This document shows positions 1-9,817 of a stretch of 64,000 nucleotides of DNA, piece by piece; the first letter of the stretch is position 1; every line of letters starts with the position of its first letter. Location of the stretch: assembly GCA_020721805.1 (NCBI GenBank), contig DYMB01000001.1, positions 43,261 to 107,260 of the forward strand, in the 5' to 3' direction. Position numbers and translations under genes: made by a program. The notes below the pieces were generated by a model, which was given only the letters and a program-made list of their open reading frames with translations, was not told the DNA's origin and did no database searches. Origin of the DNA: Acetofilamentum sp. (GTDB taxonomy: Bacteria; Hydrothermota; 32-111).

Positions 1-2
1 AT

Positions 3-725
3 GCTTTAGGATTTTTGATAGATAACTTAAATCTTGATACTGTTTTTGAAAAAATGGATACTAATGAGAAACTTTCAAGACTTGAAAATATTCAAGAATT
101 ACTTAATTCGGCAAAAGAATTTGTTCTCAGAAATGAAGATAACTCTATTGATTCATATATGGATATGATATCACTCTATACGGATATGGATGAGTATAAT
201 GATAATGATACTCTTACCCTTATGACAGTTCACAATGCTAAGGGTCTTGAATTCGATACGGTTTTTGTAACCGGTGTGGAGGAAAAACTTTTTCCCCATA
301 TGAATACTCTTGATTACGATCAAAACTGTGAAGAGGAAAGAAGATTGTTTTATGTTGCCTTGACCAGAGCGAAAAAAAATCTCTATATTACCATGGCAAA
401 GCAAAGAAAATTTTATGGAACATCCGATTTCAGGAGACCGTCAAGATTTTTAAAAGAGATCGGTTTTGATTCCCCAAATATCGATCTTATCGATCTTACT
501 ATCAGCAAACAAATCGATTCTGAACTTTTTGACAATGATGATTCGAATGGGGGTGAGTTTAAAGAATTTTTCGATATAAACGATAGGATCGTTCATCCGA
601 TATTCGGAGAAGGTGTTATAAAGGGTAAAAAAGGTTCAGGCAAGGATCAGATTCTGATAATACAATTTCTAAATGGGGAAATAAAAAAGATTTTTTCAGA
701 ATACGCCAACTTAACAAGGAAATAG
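3..725 (+). CDS. uvrD: UvrD/PcrA family helicase, C-terminal part (5' truncated by window edge)
   Basis: Motifs LMTVHNAKGLEF and EEERRLFYVALTRAK, plus C-terminal Tudor-like RIVHPIFGEGVI. Frame is open to the window start. Confidence 0.92.
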   Translation, partial: ALGFLIDNLNLDTVFEKMDTNEKLSRLENIQELLNSAKEFVLRNEDNSIDSYMDMISLYTDMDEYNDNDTLTLMTVHNAKGLEFDTVFVTGVEEKLFPHMNTLDYDQNCEEERRLFYVALTRAKKNLYITMAKQRKFYGTSDFRRPSRFLKEIGFDSPNIDLIDLTISKQIDSELFDNDDSNGGEFKEFFDINDRIVHPIFGEGVIKGKKGSGKDQILIIQFLNGEIKKIFSEYANLTRK

Positions 726-727
726 TT

Positions 728-1018
728 ATGGATAAAGATCTACTTGAGAAAATAGCAAGATTCTCTTTTATAGAGATTGAAGAAGAGGAGAGAGAAATTT
801 TTCTTAAACAGATTGAAAATATTTTGAAGGATGTTGAAAACATTTTGAATAACCTCTCTTTAACGAATGTTGACGATGGATCGTACTATAAAAGATTTAT
901 AACGATTTTTAAAGATGATCTTGTAAAAAGAGAGTATACACCCGATGAAATTCTCTTGAATTCTAAAAATGTAAAAGACGATTATATAGTTTTGCCGAAA
1001 ATTATTAAGGAGAAGTGA
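728..1018 (+). CDS. gatC: Asp/Glu-tRNA amidotransferase subunit C
   Basis: 96 aa directly before gatA. N-terminal helix and C-terminal YIVLPKI resemble GatC. Confidence 0.8.
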   Translation: MDKDLLEKIARFSFIEIEEEEREIFLKQIENILKDVENILNNLSLTNVDDGSYYKRFITIFKDDLVKREYTPDEILLNSKNVKDDYIVLPKIIKEK

Positions 1019-2406
1019 TGGATCTTGAGAGTTTGAAAAGATCGTATATTGAAAAAGAGCAGACCCCGACCCAAATGCTTGATGGAATCTATAAGAAAAT
1101 AGAAGATGATGAATTAAACGATTTCATTTTACTTTCAAAAAATTATGCCTATGAACAGGCTTATCTATCCGAGAAAAGATATGAAAAAAAAGATGGGATA
1201 TTGAAACTGGATGGTATCCCCTTTTCCATAAAAGACAATTTTGCCGTAAAAGGTTTAAGGATGACCTGTGGTTCGAAAATGTTATCAGATTTTGTTTCCC
1301 CATACGATTCAACTGTTTACAAAAGATTAAAGGAAGCTGGTGCTGTGCTTATAGGTAAAAACAATATGGATGAGTTTGCAATGGGTTCTTCAAACGAAAC
1401 ATCTTTTTTTGGAATAGTTAAAAATCCATTTGATAAAAGTTATGTTCCCGGAGGTTCAAGTGGAGGTAGCGCCGCCGCTGTCGGAGCCGATCATTCTTTA
1501 TTTTCAATAGGTTCAGATACGGGGGGATCGATAAGACAACCAGCATCCTTTTGTGGAGTTGTTGGGTTTAAACCAACCTATGGAAAGATTTCAAGATACG
1601 GTTTGGTTGCTTTTTCCTCATCACTCGATACCGTTGGGATCATAACAAAAAGTGTAAAAGATTGTAAAGAAGTTTTTGATGTTCTGAGGGGAGATGATGG
1701 GCACGATTCAACCATAGAGGATTTAAAACCTCAAAGAAGAGAGTTGAAAAATATTGGATTTGTGGAAAAATTAGAGCATGTTGATAAAAATGTTTTTAAA
1801 ATTTATATTGATTATTGCTCAAAACTTGAAAAACTTGGATTCAAATTAAAACCTATAGTTTTAGATTTCATTGAAATTTCAATGGCGGCATACAAGATTC
1901 AAACTATGTGTGAAGCGTCATCAAATCTTGCAAGGTTTGATGGTATAAAATATGGTTTACAACATTTTTCGGGAGATGATCTTGAAGGGATGTATGCCAG
2001 GGTTAGAGGGGAAGGTTTTGGGAAAGAGGTTAAAAGAAGAATAATAAGTGGTACCTATTTTCTTATGCATAACGATGGAGAATATTATAACCTGTCGTTT
2101 AAATTGAGAGATTATATAGCTAACAGGATAGATATACTTTTTAAAGATATCGATCTTTTAATACTGCCAACATCCCTATCCTTACCTTTTAAAATGGGAG
2201 AAAAGATAGAGGATCCGCTTATGATGCATCTATCTGATTCTTTAACCGCTTTTGCGAATTTGGCGAATGTTCCAGCTATAAGCATTAATGCTGATTATTT
2301 CAATAGTCTTCCAGTAGGAATTCAATTTGTTGGGAAAAGGAATGATGATGATAATCTTCTTGATTCTTTATCAACGATACAGATGGAGTTAAAAAAAGAT
2401 GAGTAA
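1018..2406 (+). CDS. gatA: Asp/Glu-tRNA amidotransferase subunit A
   Basis: Amidase signature KDN, GGSSGGSAAAV, GSDTGGSIRQPA, EVKRRI. ATG 1018 follows AGGAG. Confidence 0.96.
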   Translation: MDLESLKRSYIEKEQTPTQMLDGIYKKIEDDELNDFILLSKNYAYEQAYLSEKRYEKKDGILKLDGIPFSIKDNFAVKGLRMTCGSKMLSDFVSPYDSTVYKRLKEAGAVLIGKNNMDEFAMGSSNETSFFGIVKNPFDKSYVPGGSSGGSAAAVGADHSLFSIGSDTGGSIRQPASFCGVVGFKPTYGKISRYGLVAFSSSLDTVGIITKSVKDCKEVFDVLRGDDGHDSTIEDLKPQRRELKNIGFVEKLEHVDKNVFKIYIDYCSKLEKLGFKLKPIVLDFIEISMAAYKIQTMCEASSNLARFDGIKYGLQHFSGDDLEGMYARVRGEGFGKEVKRRIISGTYFLMHNDGEYYNLSFKLRDYIANRIDILFKDIDLLILPTSLSLPFKMGEKIEDPLMMHLSDSLTAFANLANVPAISINADYFNSLPVGIQFVGKRNDDDNLLDSLSTIQMELKKDE

Positions 2407-3820
2407 TTTTGTGGTTAACATTGGAGTGGAAACACATATACAGATAAAAACAAAAAGCAAAATATTTTGTGATTGTTCAACAGAGTTTACCGACAAACCC
2501 AATGTTAATGTATGTCCAATATGTATGGGTTTACCGGGAACAATGCCCACTTTGAATTTTGAAGTTATTCCACTTGCCCTAAAAACAGCGATAGCCTTGA
2601 ATTGCATAATAAATAGAATTTCAGGTTTTGCCAGAAAAAATTATTTTTATCCCGATCTACCTAAAGGTTATCAGATAACCCAACATAAATTTCCTCTGGC
2701 TCATTCTGGATACATTATCTTAAAATCTGGGAAAAAGATAAGAATAAGACGGTTACATATTGAAGAGGATACTGGAAAGATGATACATGATCAGGATGAA
2801 AACAGTTTACTTGATTTTAACAGAGCTGGCGTTCCGTTAATGGAAATAGTGACTGAACCTGATTTCAATTCCAAAGAGGAGGTTATCGAGTATCTTGAAA
2901 GGTTACAAAGAATCGTCAGATATCTGGATGTCTCTTCTGCAAACATGGAATCGGGTGAATTTAGAGGTGAACCGAACATATCGATAAGAAAAAAAGAAGA
3001 GGGTCTTCTTGGAGTGAAAACCGAAATAAAGAATCTTAACTCTTTCAAAGCGATAGAAAAAGGTATAACCTTCGAAATAGAAAGACAGAAAATGTTACTT
3101 GATGGTGGTCAAAAAATAGAATCCGTCACAATGCTTTACGATGAAAAAAAACAAACACTAAAACCGATGAGAAAGAAAGAGAGTATATCCGACTATAGAT
3201 ATTTCCCAGAGCCTGATCTTCCCGATATAATTTTAAGTGAAGATCTGATTGAAAAGATTAAAAATACGATACCTGAACTACCAGAAAAAAAGGTTGAAAG
3301 GTTTAAAAGAGAATATAATTTAAACGACGAGGAGAGCGAGATAATTTGTCAGTATAAGGATTATGCTGATTTTTTTGAAAAGAGTATCTTGGGAATAAAG
3401 AATGTTAAAAGACTTACAAATTTTTATATCAGGGAAATGCCTGTGATTTTAAAAGAAAAAAGGATGGGAGTGAAAGATCTTCCTTTTGATAGTGATAAAT
3501 TGAACGCACTTTTTAAAATGGTAGATGAAGAAAAAATAAATTTAAATCTTGCACAGAATATTTTAAAAGAAATCTCTTCAACAGGTGAGCATCCCGATAT
3601 TATATTAAAAAGAGCGTTTGAAAGTGATCTTTCTGAAGATGACCTTAAAAATTTGATAATCCAGGTTTTGGATGAAAATAAAAAAGAAGTTGAACGGTAT
3701 AAAAATGGTGAAGAGAAACTTTTCGGTTTCCTTGTTGGCCAATGTATGAAGAAAACGAAAAATAGATTCAGTCCAGGTAAGGTCAACGAGATTTTAAGAA
3801 ATATTTTAACAAAAAAATAG
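2399..3820 (+). CDS. gatB: Asp/Glu-tRNA amidotransferase subunit B
   Basis: IGVETHIQ, RKNYFYPDLPKGYQITQ, DYRYFPEPDL. Confidence 0.97.
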   Translation: MSNFVVNIGVETHIQIKTKSKIFCDCSTEFTDKPNVNVCPICMGLPGTMPTLNFEVIPLALKTAIALNCIINRISGFARKNYFYPDLPKGYQITQHKFPLAHSGYIILKSGKKIRIRRLHIEEDTGKMIHDQDENSLLDFNRAGVPLMEIVTEPDFNSKEEVIEYLERLQRIVRYLDVSSANMESGEFRGEPNISIRKKEEGLLGVKTEIKNLNSFKAIEKGITFEIERQKMLLDGGQKIESVTMLYDEKKQTLKPMRKKESISDYRYFPEPDLPDIILSEDLIEKIKNTIPELPEKKVERFKREYNLNDEESEIICQYKDYADFFEKSILGIKNVKRLTNFYIREMPVILKEKRMGVKDLPFDSDKLNALFKMVDEEKINLNLAQNILKEISSTGEHPDIILKRAFESDLSEDDLKNLIIQVLDENKKEVERYKNGEEKLFGFLVGQCMKKTKNRFSPGKVNEILRNILTKK

Positions 3821-3829
3821 GAGGAAAAA

Positions 3830-5119
3830 ATGTCTCATATAGAAGAAATAAAGGCAAGAGAAATAATAGATTCAAGAGGAAACCCTACGATAGAGGTTGA
3901 TGTTATTCTTGAGAGTGAATGTATCGGTAGATTTTCTGTTCCTTCTGGGGCTTCAACAGGTGAAAGGGAATCACTTGAACTCAGAGATAATGACAAAAAA
4001 AGATTTTTTGGTAAAGGAGTGCTTAAGGCTGTTGAAAATGTGAATACCAAAATAGCTCCGCATATTCTTGGAGAGGATGCGTTCGATCAGATCTCTATAG
4101 ACAAAAGGTTGATAGAACTGGATGGGACAGAAAATAAATCGAATCTTGGTGCGAACGCTATTCTCGGGGTATCTGTAGCGGTAGCAAAGGCCATGGCTTG
4201 TGAACTTGATATTCCATTTTATAGATATCTTGGTGGTTTTTATTCACATATTCTACCTTTACCTATGTCAAATGTTTTAAACGGTGGTGCGCATGCCGAT
4301 AATAATCTTGATATTCAGGAATATATGATCGTTCCCGTAAATGCAACAAAATTCCATGATGCGATAAGGATGAATGCTGAAGTTTTTGCAACCTTGAAAA
4401 AGATTCTAAAAGAGAAAAAATATTTTACAGGTGTAGGGGATGAAGGTGGTTTTGCACCATCTCTTGAATCTAATGAGGATGGTTTGAAATTGCTTGTTGA
4501 TGCTATTTCAAAAGCCGGATATGAACCTGGCAAGGATATTTACATTGCACTTGATTCTGCTGCAAGCAGTTTTTATAAAGATGGAAAGTATATGTTTGAA
4601 GGTAATCCTGTAGAGAGCAATTTTTTGGTGGATCTTTATGAAAAATGGGTAGAGAAATATCCCATAATTTCAATTGAAGATGGTCTCGGGGAAAGAGACT
4701 GGAAGGGATGGGAGAAACTTTTTGCACGTATTGGAAATAGAATACAGATAGTTGGAGATGATATTTTTGTTACCAATGTAAAATTGCTAAAAAAAGGGAT
4801 AGAAGATAAAATTGCAAATTCTATATTGATAAAATTGAATCAGATAGGAACTTTAACTGAAACCGTAAACGCTGTAAGTATGGCTCAAAGAGCGGGATGG
4901 ACCGCTGTTATTTCGCATAGATCGGGAGAAACTGAAGATTGCACAATAGCGGATCTCGCTATAGGATTAAATACCGGTTTTATAAAAACAGGATCACTTT
5001 CAAGGAGTGAAAGGATAGCGAAATATAATCAGATAATAAGAATCGAAGAATCCGATAAGAATGCAAAGTATCCCGGTTTGAAAGCTTTTTACAATCTAAA
5101 TGTTATACAGAAAAAATAG
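3830..5119 (+). CDS. eno: Enolase
   Basis: [42 protein letters not shown]. Confidence 0.98.
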   Translation: MSHIEEIKAREIIDSRGNPTIEVDVILESECIGRFSVPSGASTGERESLELRDNDKKRFFGKGVLKAVENVNTKIAPHILGEDAFDQISIDKRLIELDGTENKSNLGANAILGVSVAVAKAMACELDIPFYRYLGGFYSHILPLPMSNVLNGGAHADNNLDIQEYMIVPVNATKFHDAIRMNAEVFATLKKILKEKKYFTGVGDEGGFAPSLESNEDGLKLLVDAISKAGYEPGKDIYIALDSAASSFYKDGKYMFEGNPVESNFLVDLYEKWVEKYPIISIEDGLGERDWKGWEKLFARIGNRIQIVGDDIFVTNVKLLKKGIEDKIANSILIKLNQIGTLTETVNAVSMAQRAGWTAVISHRSGETEDCTIADLAIGLNTGFIKTGSLSRSERIAKYNQIIRIEESDKNAKYPGLKAFYNLNVIQKK

Positions 5120-5387
5120 AAGATCATTTTTTAAATTTTTTGTTATACTATTTTGTTTATCTTTTATCATTCTTGTCTTTCAACCTCGGGTGGGTTTGAT
5201 CTCACTTTTTAAGGCAAAGATGTTTGAAAGAGAGATAAAATATCTGATAAAGAAAGAAAAGGTTGAGAATATCCTTCTCAAAAGAAAGATATATCTTTTG
5301 AAAAATGATAGTTATTATCTTGAAAAGATTATCAGAGAAAATTTGAATATGATAAAAGATGATGAAAAAATATTAAAGGTGAAATAG
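5100..5387 (+). CDS. ftsB: Septum formation initiator, FtsB/DivIC family
   Basis: Single TM, coiled coil and [12 protein letters not shown] motif. Follows eno, a common synteny. Confidence 0.75.
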   Translation: MLYRKNRRSFFKFFVILFCLSFIILVFQPRVGLISLFKAKMFEREIKYLIKKEKVENILLKRKIYLLKNDSYYLEKIIRENLNMIKDDEKILKVK

Positions 5388-5388
5388 T

Positions 5389-6699
5389 ATGGAAAAAAAA
5401 GCATGGGTAATATCAGTTGATATGGGTTATGGACATCAAAGGGCTGCATATCCTCTCAGTGATATAGCTTATGAAAAGATAATAACAGCAAATACCGATT
5501 TTGTTACAAACTTTAAGGAAAAATTTTTATGGAGATCCTCTCAATCAGGATATGAGTTTGTTTCAAGAACAAAGGCTATACCAATTATTGGTAATACTAT
5601 TTTTAACGCATATGATAAACTTCAATCGATTTCTCCCTTCTTTCCATTCAACAGTATTGAAAAACCCAACGGTAATGTGTTTTTTTTAAAAACTCTGGTT
5701 AAAATGGGTATTTGTAAAGGGATTCTGAATCAAATAAAAGAGAAAGATTTACCGATAATAACCACACACTTCATACCATCAATCGCTGCCGATTACAATG
5801 GATTTCAAACAATATTTTCCATAATCACCGATACGGATATAAACAGAGTATGGGTGCCTGATGATCCCAAAAGGTCAAATATAAAATATTTGACTCCAAC
5901 AAGACATGCAGCGATGAGATTGTTAAAGTATGGGGTGCCAAAAAGTAACATATTTATAACAGGGTTCCCTTTACCGAAAGAGAATATAGGTGAGAGTCAG
6001 GAAATTTTAAAAGAGGATCTTTTAAAAAGAATCAGAATTCTTGATCCAAATGAAAGATTTTTAAAAGTTTATAAAAATGTTATTGAAAAATATCTTGGGG
6101 AGATTCCCCAAAAAGCTACAAGACCCTTGACTTTATGTTATATGGTTGGTGGTGCCGGTGCTCAAATCGATATTGGAATAAAGATAGTAAAATCTTTAAA
6201 AGAGAAGATAATCAAAGGAAAAATTAAGGTTATACTTGTTGCCGGGATCAGGGAACAAGTAAAAAATTATTTTGAAATGGAACTTCAAAAGATGAAATTG
6301 AATGATTCCGATTTTGTTGAAGTAATCTTTTCCAAAAATAAAACTGAATATTTTAGAAAATTCAACGAATCTTTAAGAAACATAGATATAATTTGGACAA
6401 AACCTTCAGAGTTATCCTTTTATACTGCACTTGGAATCCCTATAATCATCGCTCCTCCAGTTGGTGCCCATGAACATTATAACCAAAGGTGGTTAACACA
6501 TATTGGTTCAGGTTTTTCTCAGGATGAACCTGAATATGTAAACGATTGGTTATATTATGTACTTGAAAGCGGAAGATACGCTGAGGCTGCATGGGATGGT
6601 TATATGAGAGCACCAACGATGGGAACATATAGGATAGAAAAGATAATCAAAGAGGGTATAATAGAGATGTGCAAGGGTGATTTTACCGATCTTAGATAA
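5389..6699 (+). CDS. GT-B fold glycosyltransferase-like protein (MGDG synthase/MurG-like)
   Basis: MGYGHQRAA, ITTHF, IITD, GFPL, WTKPSEL, ALGIPIII resemble UgtP/MGDG synthase motifs. Confidence 0.6.
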   Translation: MEKKAWVISVDMGYGHQRAAYPLSDIAYEKIITANTDFVTNFKEKFLWRSSQSGYEFVSRTKAIPIIGNTIFNAYDKLQSISPFFPFNSIEKPNGNVFFLKTLVKMGICKGILNQIKEKDLPIITTHFIPSIAADYNGFQTIFSIITDTDINRVWVPDDPKRSNIKYLTPTRHAAMRLLKYGVPKSNIFITGFPLPKENIGESQEILKEDLLKRIRILDPNERFLKVYKNVIEKYLGEIPQKATRPLTLCYMVGGAGAQIDIGIKIVKSLKEKIIKGKIKVILVAGIREQVKNYFEMELQKMKLNDSDFVEVIFSKNKTEYFRKFNESLRNIDIIWTKPSELSFYTALGIPIIIAPPVGAHEHYNQRWLTHIGSGFSQDEPEYVNDWLYYVLESGRYAEAAWDGYMRAPTMGTYRIEKIIKEGIIEMCKGDFTDLR

Positions 6700-6707
6700 G
6701 ATTGATG

Positions 6708-6736
6708 TTGACCGAAATGAAAAAAATAAATATAAT
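6708..6736 (+). promoter_or_regulatory. Sigma70-type promoter of tRNA-Val(TAC)
   Basis: TTGACC-17 bp-TATAAT, ending 13 nt before the tRNA. Confidence 0.75.
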
Positions 6737-7322
6737 AACTATTTTAAATGGGCGGATAGCTCAGTTGGTGAGAGCGCCTGCCTTACAAGCAGGAGGTCAC
6801 AGGTTCAAATCCTGTTTCGCCCATTTTCTTTTATTCTTTTTATCTTTCTTCGCTTTAAATCTTTTTTCAAACGAAATAGAGATCTCTTATTCTAAAAAAA
6901 TCCTCTTCGGCGATTGGTCATATTATTTGAAGGATGGGTATGGTTTAAAATTTGATTATTCTTTTTACAATTATAAAAAATTAAATTCATCTTTTAATTT
7001 TGAACTTTTTTCTATAAAAACCTATAGGGATACATACAGATTAAACTTTTTTAATAGTGGAATAGGTGGTTCTTTTTTGCTTTTTGACAAGCAAAACTAT
7101 AGGTTGAGTTTAAATTTATCAAGTGGGCTCTCTTTTGTTGAAAAGAGAGATGATGATTATACTGAAAGAGGTGCCAATGAATTCATCAACACTTCCATCA
7201 GTTTTTATTATAATATTTTTGATACGATGTTTGGCTTTTCTATGGGTTATTTAAGGGAGAAAATTTTATATGGAAAAGATTCTTTTACTTTTGATTTTAA
7301 TATTCTCTTTATTAAACATTAA
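6717..7322 (+). CDS. Putative secreted/outer-membrane beta-barrel protein; start uncertain, frame overlaps tRNA-Val
   Basis: Hydrophobic signal-like FLLFFLSFFALNLFS followed by amphipathic aromatic/Gly-rich beta strands. All starts that include the signal lie upstream of or within the tRNA. Confidence 0.55.
   Translation: MKKINIITILNGRIAQLVRAPALQAGGHRFKSCFAHFLLFFLSFFALNLFSNEIEISYSKKILFGDWSYYLKDGYGLKFDYSFYNYKKLNSSFNFELFSIKTYRDTYRLNFFNSGIGGSFLLFDKQNYRLSLNLSSGLSFVEKRDDDYTERGANEFINTSISFYYNIFDTMFGFSMGYLREKILYGKDSFTFDFNILFIKH
6750..6823 (+). tRNA. tRNA-Val(TAC)
   Basis: Cloverleaf with acceptor GGGCGGA/TTCGCCC, anticodon arm CCTGC-CTTACAA-GCAGG and T loop TTCAAAT. No encoded CCA. Confidence 0.96.
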
Positions 7323-7842
7323 CTGTTTTATTGACTATAACATTTTAAACAGAAGTGGAGGGAGTTTTTTGAACGATGATGTAAAGTATACCATAAGATT
7401 TTATTCTAACGATGTTGGAGAAAATTTTTCGATACAGTATACTTCAGATACAATTATAGATGGTATCAAATATAAAAGATACAATTTCGAAACCATAGAA
7501 AATTTCTTTTATACTTATATGGATTTTGAATACAGGATGCTTAATTTCAACGGTTTTAATTTCAATGTTCCTTTCTTTCCCGTTTATCTTGTAAAAGATC
7601 AAAAAATTTATGAAGAGTATGAGAACGGAGAGTTGAAATACACTTATTTATGTTATGTTGATTCTGTTAAGGATGTTAAGGAAAAATATAAAGATTCTTA
7701 TTTTATTACTTTAAAATTAAATATAAATATTATGGAAAGAGAAACTATTCTATCTGAAAAATATATTCTAAACTTTGATGATGGAATAATCGGTTTTTTA
7801 AGGGATGATAGATATTTTTTACTTGATTCTATTGTTTATTAA
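7270..7842 (+). CDS. Hypothetical secreted protein, possible lipoprotein
   Basis: MEKILLLLILIFSLLNINC signal/lipobox-like N terminus with GGGAG upstream. Confidence 0.6.
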   Translation: MEKILLLLILIFSLLNINCFIDYNILNRSGGSFLNDDVKYTIRFYSNDVGENFSIQYTSDTIIDGIKYKRYNFETIENFFYTYMDFEYRMLNFNGFNFNVPFFPVYLVKDQKIYEEYENGELKYTYLCYVDSVKDVKEKYKDSYFITLKLNINIMERETILSEKYILNFDDGIIGFLRDDRYFLLDSIVY

Positions 7843-8285
7843 AAGTTTTTGCCTATTATTTCACATATTTTTTCAAGATAACTTTTATCTGTCCCAGAGA
7901 AAGCGTTGATACTATGTGAATCTATATCAAGTTCACCTATCAGTTCATTTTTATTGTTGAAGATGGGTATAACGATTTCAGATTTTACCTTTGTTGAACA
8001 GGATAAATAATTTGTTTCCTTCGAAACATCGGAAATAATAAATGTCTTTTTTGTTTTGGCAGCCTGGCCACATATTCCATCTCCGAATTTGATAACGGTA
8101 TGTATTGTTGGTTCGCCTTTAAATAGATCAAGATGTAGTTTTTTATCTTTAACCAGATAAAAACCAACCCAGTCATAATTTTCAAAATTTAAACTTAAAT
8201 TTTCTACAACAAATGTAAAAATTTTTTCTTTCGGAACATTTTTTAACTCTTCAATTATTTTTTGAAATTTTTTTTTCTTTTCCAT
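7839..8285 (-). CDS. msrC: GAF-domain protein, free methionine-R-sulfoxide reductase-like
   Basis: DWVGFY, GICG, YLSC, SEIVIPI, GELDIDS motifs. Confidence 0.75.
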   Translation of the reverse strand: MEKKKKFQKIIEELKNVPKEKIFTFVVENLSLNFENYDWVGFYLVKDKKLHLDLFKGEPTIHTVIKFGDGICGQAAKTKKTFIISDVSKETNYLSCSTKVKSEIVIPIFNNKNELIGELDIDSHSINAFSGTDKSYLEKICEIIGKNF

Positions 8286-8340
8286 AAAAATTCTTTTTAT
8301 ATCGATTTTATAAAGAAATTAAGAAAAATCAATAAAAAAG

Positions 8341-8457
8341 TTATCCACATTATAACCATATTGTAAATTTTATAAAAAATTATAATTTGGTAAATCTTAA
8401 TAATTTTTTCTTATAAAAAGGTTTTGGATAAGTTAACGATAAAAAAAGTTGTCCACA
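8341..8457. promoter_or_regulatory. Cluster of three DnaA boxes in an AT-rich intergenic region
   Basis: TTATCCACA 8341-8349 (perfect), TTATCCAAA on - strand 8423-8431, TTGTCCACA 8449-8457. Confidence 0.6.
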
Positions 8458-8498
8458 TTTTATAAGTTAGAAAAAAATAAAAAAATCTTTTTTTTCTA

Positions 8499-8550
8499 TT
8501 GACAATATCAATAAAATGTGTATAAATATATACAAAAATGTATAAATATA
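8499..8550 (+). promoter_or_regulatory. Putative promoter and operator repeats of the HTH-pilMNOPQ operon
   Basis: TTGACA 8499-8504 and TATAAA 8521-8526. Direct repeat TGTATAAATATA at 8519-8530 and 8539-8550. Confidence 0.55.
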
Positions 8551-8575
8551 GAAAAAAACACACAAAGAGGGAAAT

Positions 8576-8764
8576 ATGCCTGTAACACCTTCACAGATAG
8601 ATGAGAATAAACTTTATACTGTATCAGAGGTTTCAGAAATATTAAATGTAACAGAGCAAACTGTTAGGAAGCATTTAAAGATGAAACTTTTAAAAGGTAA
8701 GAAGATAGGTAAAAAATGGTATATTGAGGGAAGAGAGATAAAAAAATTTATAGAAGGTTCATAA
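8576..8764 (+). CDS. Small excisionase/MerR-like (HTH_17) DNA-binding protein
   Basis: LYTVSEVSEILNVTEQTVRK...LKGKKIGKKWYI pattern with GAGGG RBS. Confidence 0.85.
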   Translation: MPVTPSQIDENKLYTVSEVSEILNVTEQTVRKHLKMKLLKGKKIGKKWYIEGREIKKFIEGS

Positions 8765-8778
8765 AAAAGGTGGTTTTT

Positions 8779-9804
8779 ATGGCTTTAAAAAAAAGAAAAA
8801 AAAGTTTGTTGGGTTTGGACATTGGTAGTTCATTTATAAAATATTCAATCGTTGATCTTTCAGGAAATCAACCAATGTTGAAAGATTTTGGTTATTCTGA
8901 ACTTACCGATATCGCCATTGCTGACGGTGAAATAATGGATAGATTACAATTGGTTGACACGGTAAAAAATCTTCTTGTTTCAAGAGATGTAAAAGAAAAG
9001 GATGTATCCTGTGCACTTATAGGTAGAGGTGTGATAGTGAAGAAATTAAAAATGGATCAAATGAAAGAGAATGAACTTGCTTTAATGGTGCGTCAGGAAG
9101 CTGAAACGAATATTCCCTACAGTATAGAGGATGTTCAACTCGATTTTAAAGTTATCGGTCCATCGGATGAACAGGGAAAAGTGGATGTACTTCTTGTTGC
9201 TGCAAAAAAAGAAATTTTACTTCCATTCATTTCGTTGATAAAGGATATGGAATTGAATCCATATATAATAGATGTTCCCGCTTTCACGATACAGAATTGT
9301 TTTGAGATCAACTATGATACTTCTCCAAATGAGATAGTAGCTCTGGTCCATATAGGTTATGAGAATACTATTTTGAGTTTTATTGAGGGAACAAACAACC
9401 TATTCACAAGAGATGTAACAACAGCTATAAAATCTTTACTACAAAAAATCCCTGGCATTACAAAGGATCAACTCGACAAGATTTTTAAAGGGGAAACTAT
9501 ATCAGAAATTTCAGAAGAAAAAATAAAAGAGGGTTTTGATTCGTTCTATGATGAATTGTGTACCCATATTGAAAGAGCCATACCATTTACTAACAAGGAA
9601 AAAATAGATAAACTTTATATTTCAGGTGGTGGAGCAAATGGACCTCAGATTATTGAATTCTTTAAAAACAGGTTTGAGATAAACATTGAAAAACTGGATC
9701 CATTTAAAAAAATAAAAATCAAAGAAGGGTTATTAACACTTGAAGAATTGGATAAAATCTCTCCTCTGATGGTTCCATCTATCGGTTTGAGTTTAAGGTC
9801 TTAA
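8779..9804 (+). CDS. pilM: Type IV pilus assembly protein PilM
   Basis: Actin-like GLDIGSS, VLLVAAKKE and ISGGGA motifs. First gene of the MNOPQ run. Confidence 0.93.
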   Translation: MALKKRKKSLLGLDIGSSFIKYSIVDLSGNQPMLKDFGYSELTDIAIADGEIMDRLQLVDTVKNLLVSRDVKEKDVSCALIGRGVIVKKLKMDQMKENELALMVRQEAETNIPYSIEDVQLDFKVIGPSDEQGKVDVLLVAAKKEILLPFISLIKDMELNPYIIDVPAFTIQNCFEINYDTSPNEIVALVHIGYENTILSFIEGTNNLFTRDVTTAIKSLLQKIPGITKDQLDKIFKGETISEISEEKIKEGFDSFYDELCTHIERAIPFTNKEKIDKLYISGGGANGPQIIEFFKNRFEINIEKLDPFKKIKIKEGLLTLEELDKISPLMVPSIGLSLRS

Positions 9805-9817
9805 AAGAGAGGTAAAA

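Noticed and set aside
6677..6895. 72-aa ORF over tRNA-Val in another frame
   Set aside because: No features beyond tRNA-derived sequence and no domain, so it is treated as spurious.
8576..8764. Excisionase as evidence of an integrated element
   Set aside because: No integrase, att repeats or phage genes. The context points to a regulator.
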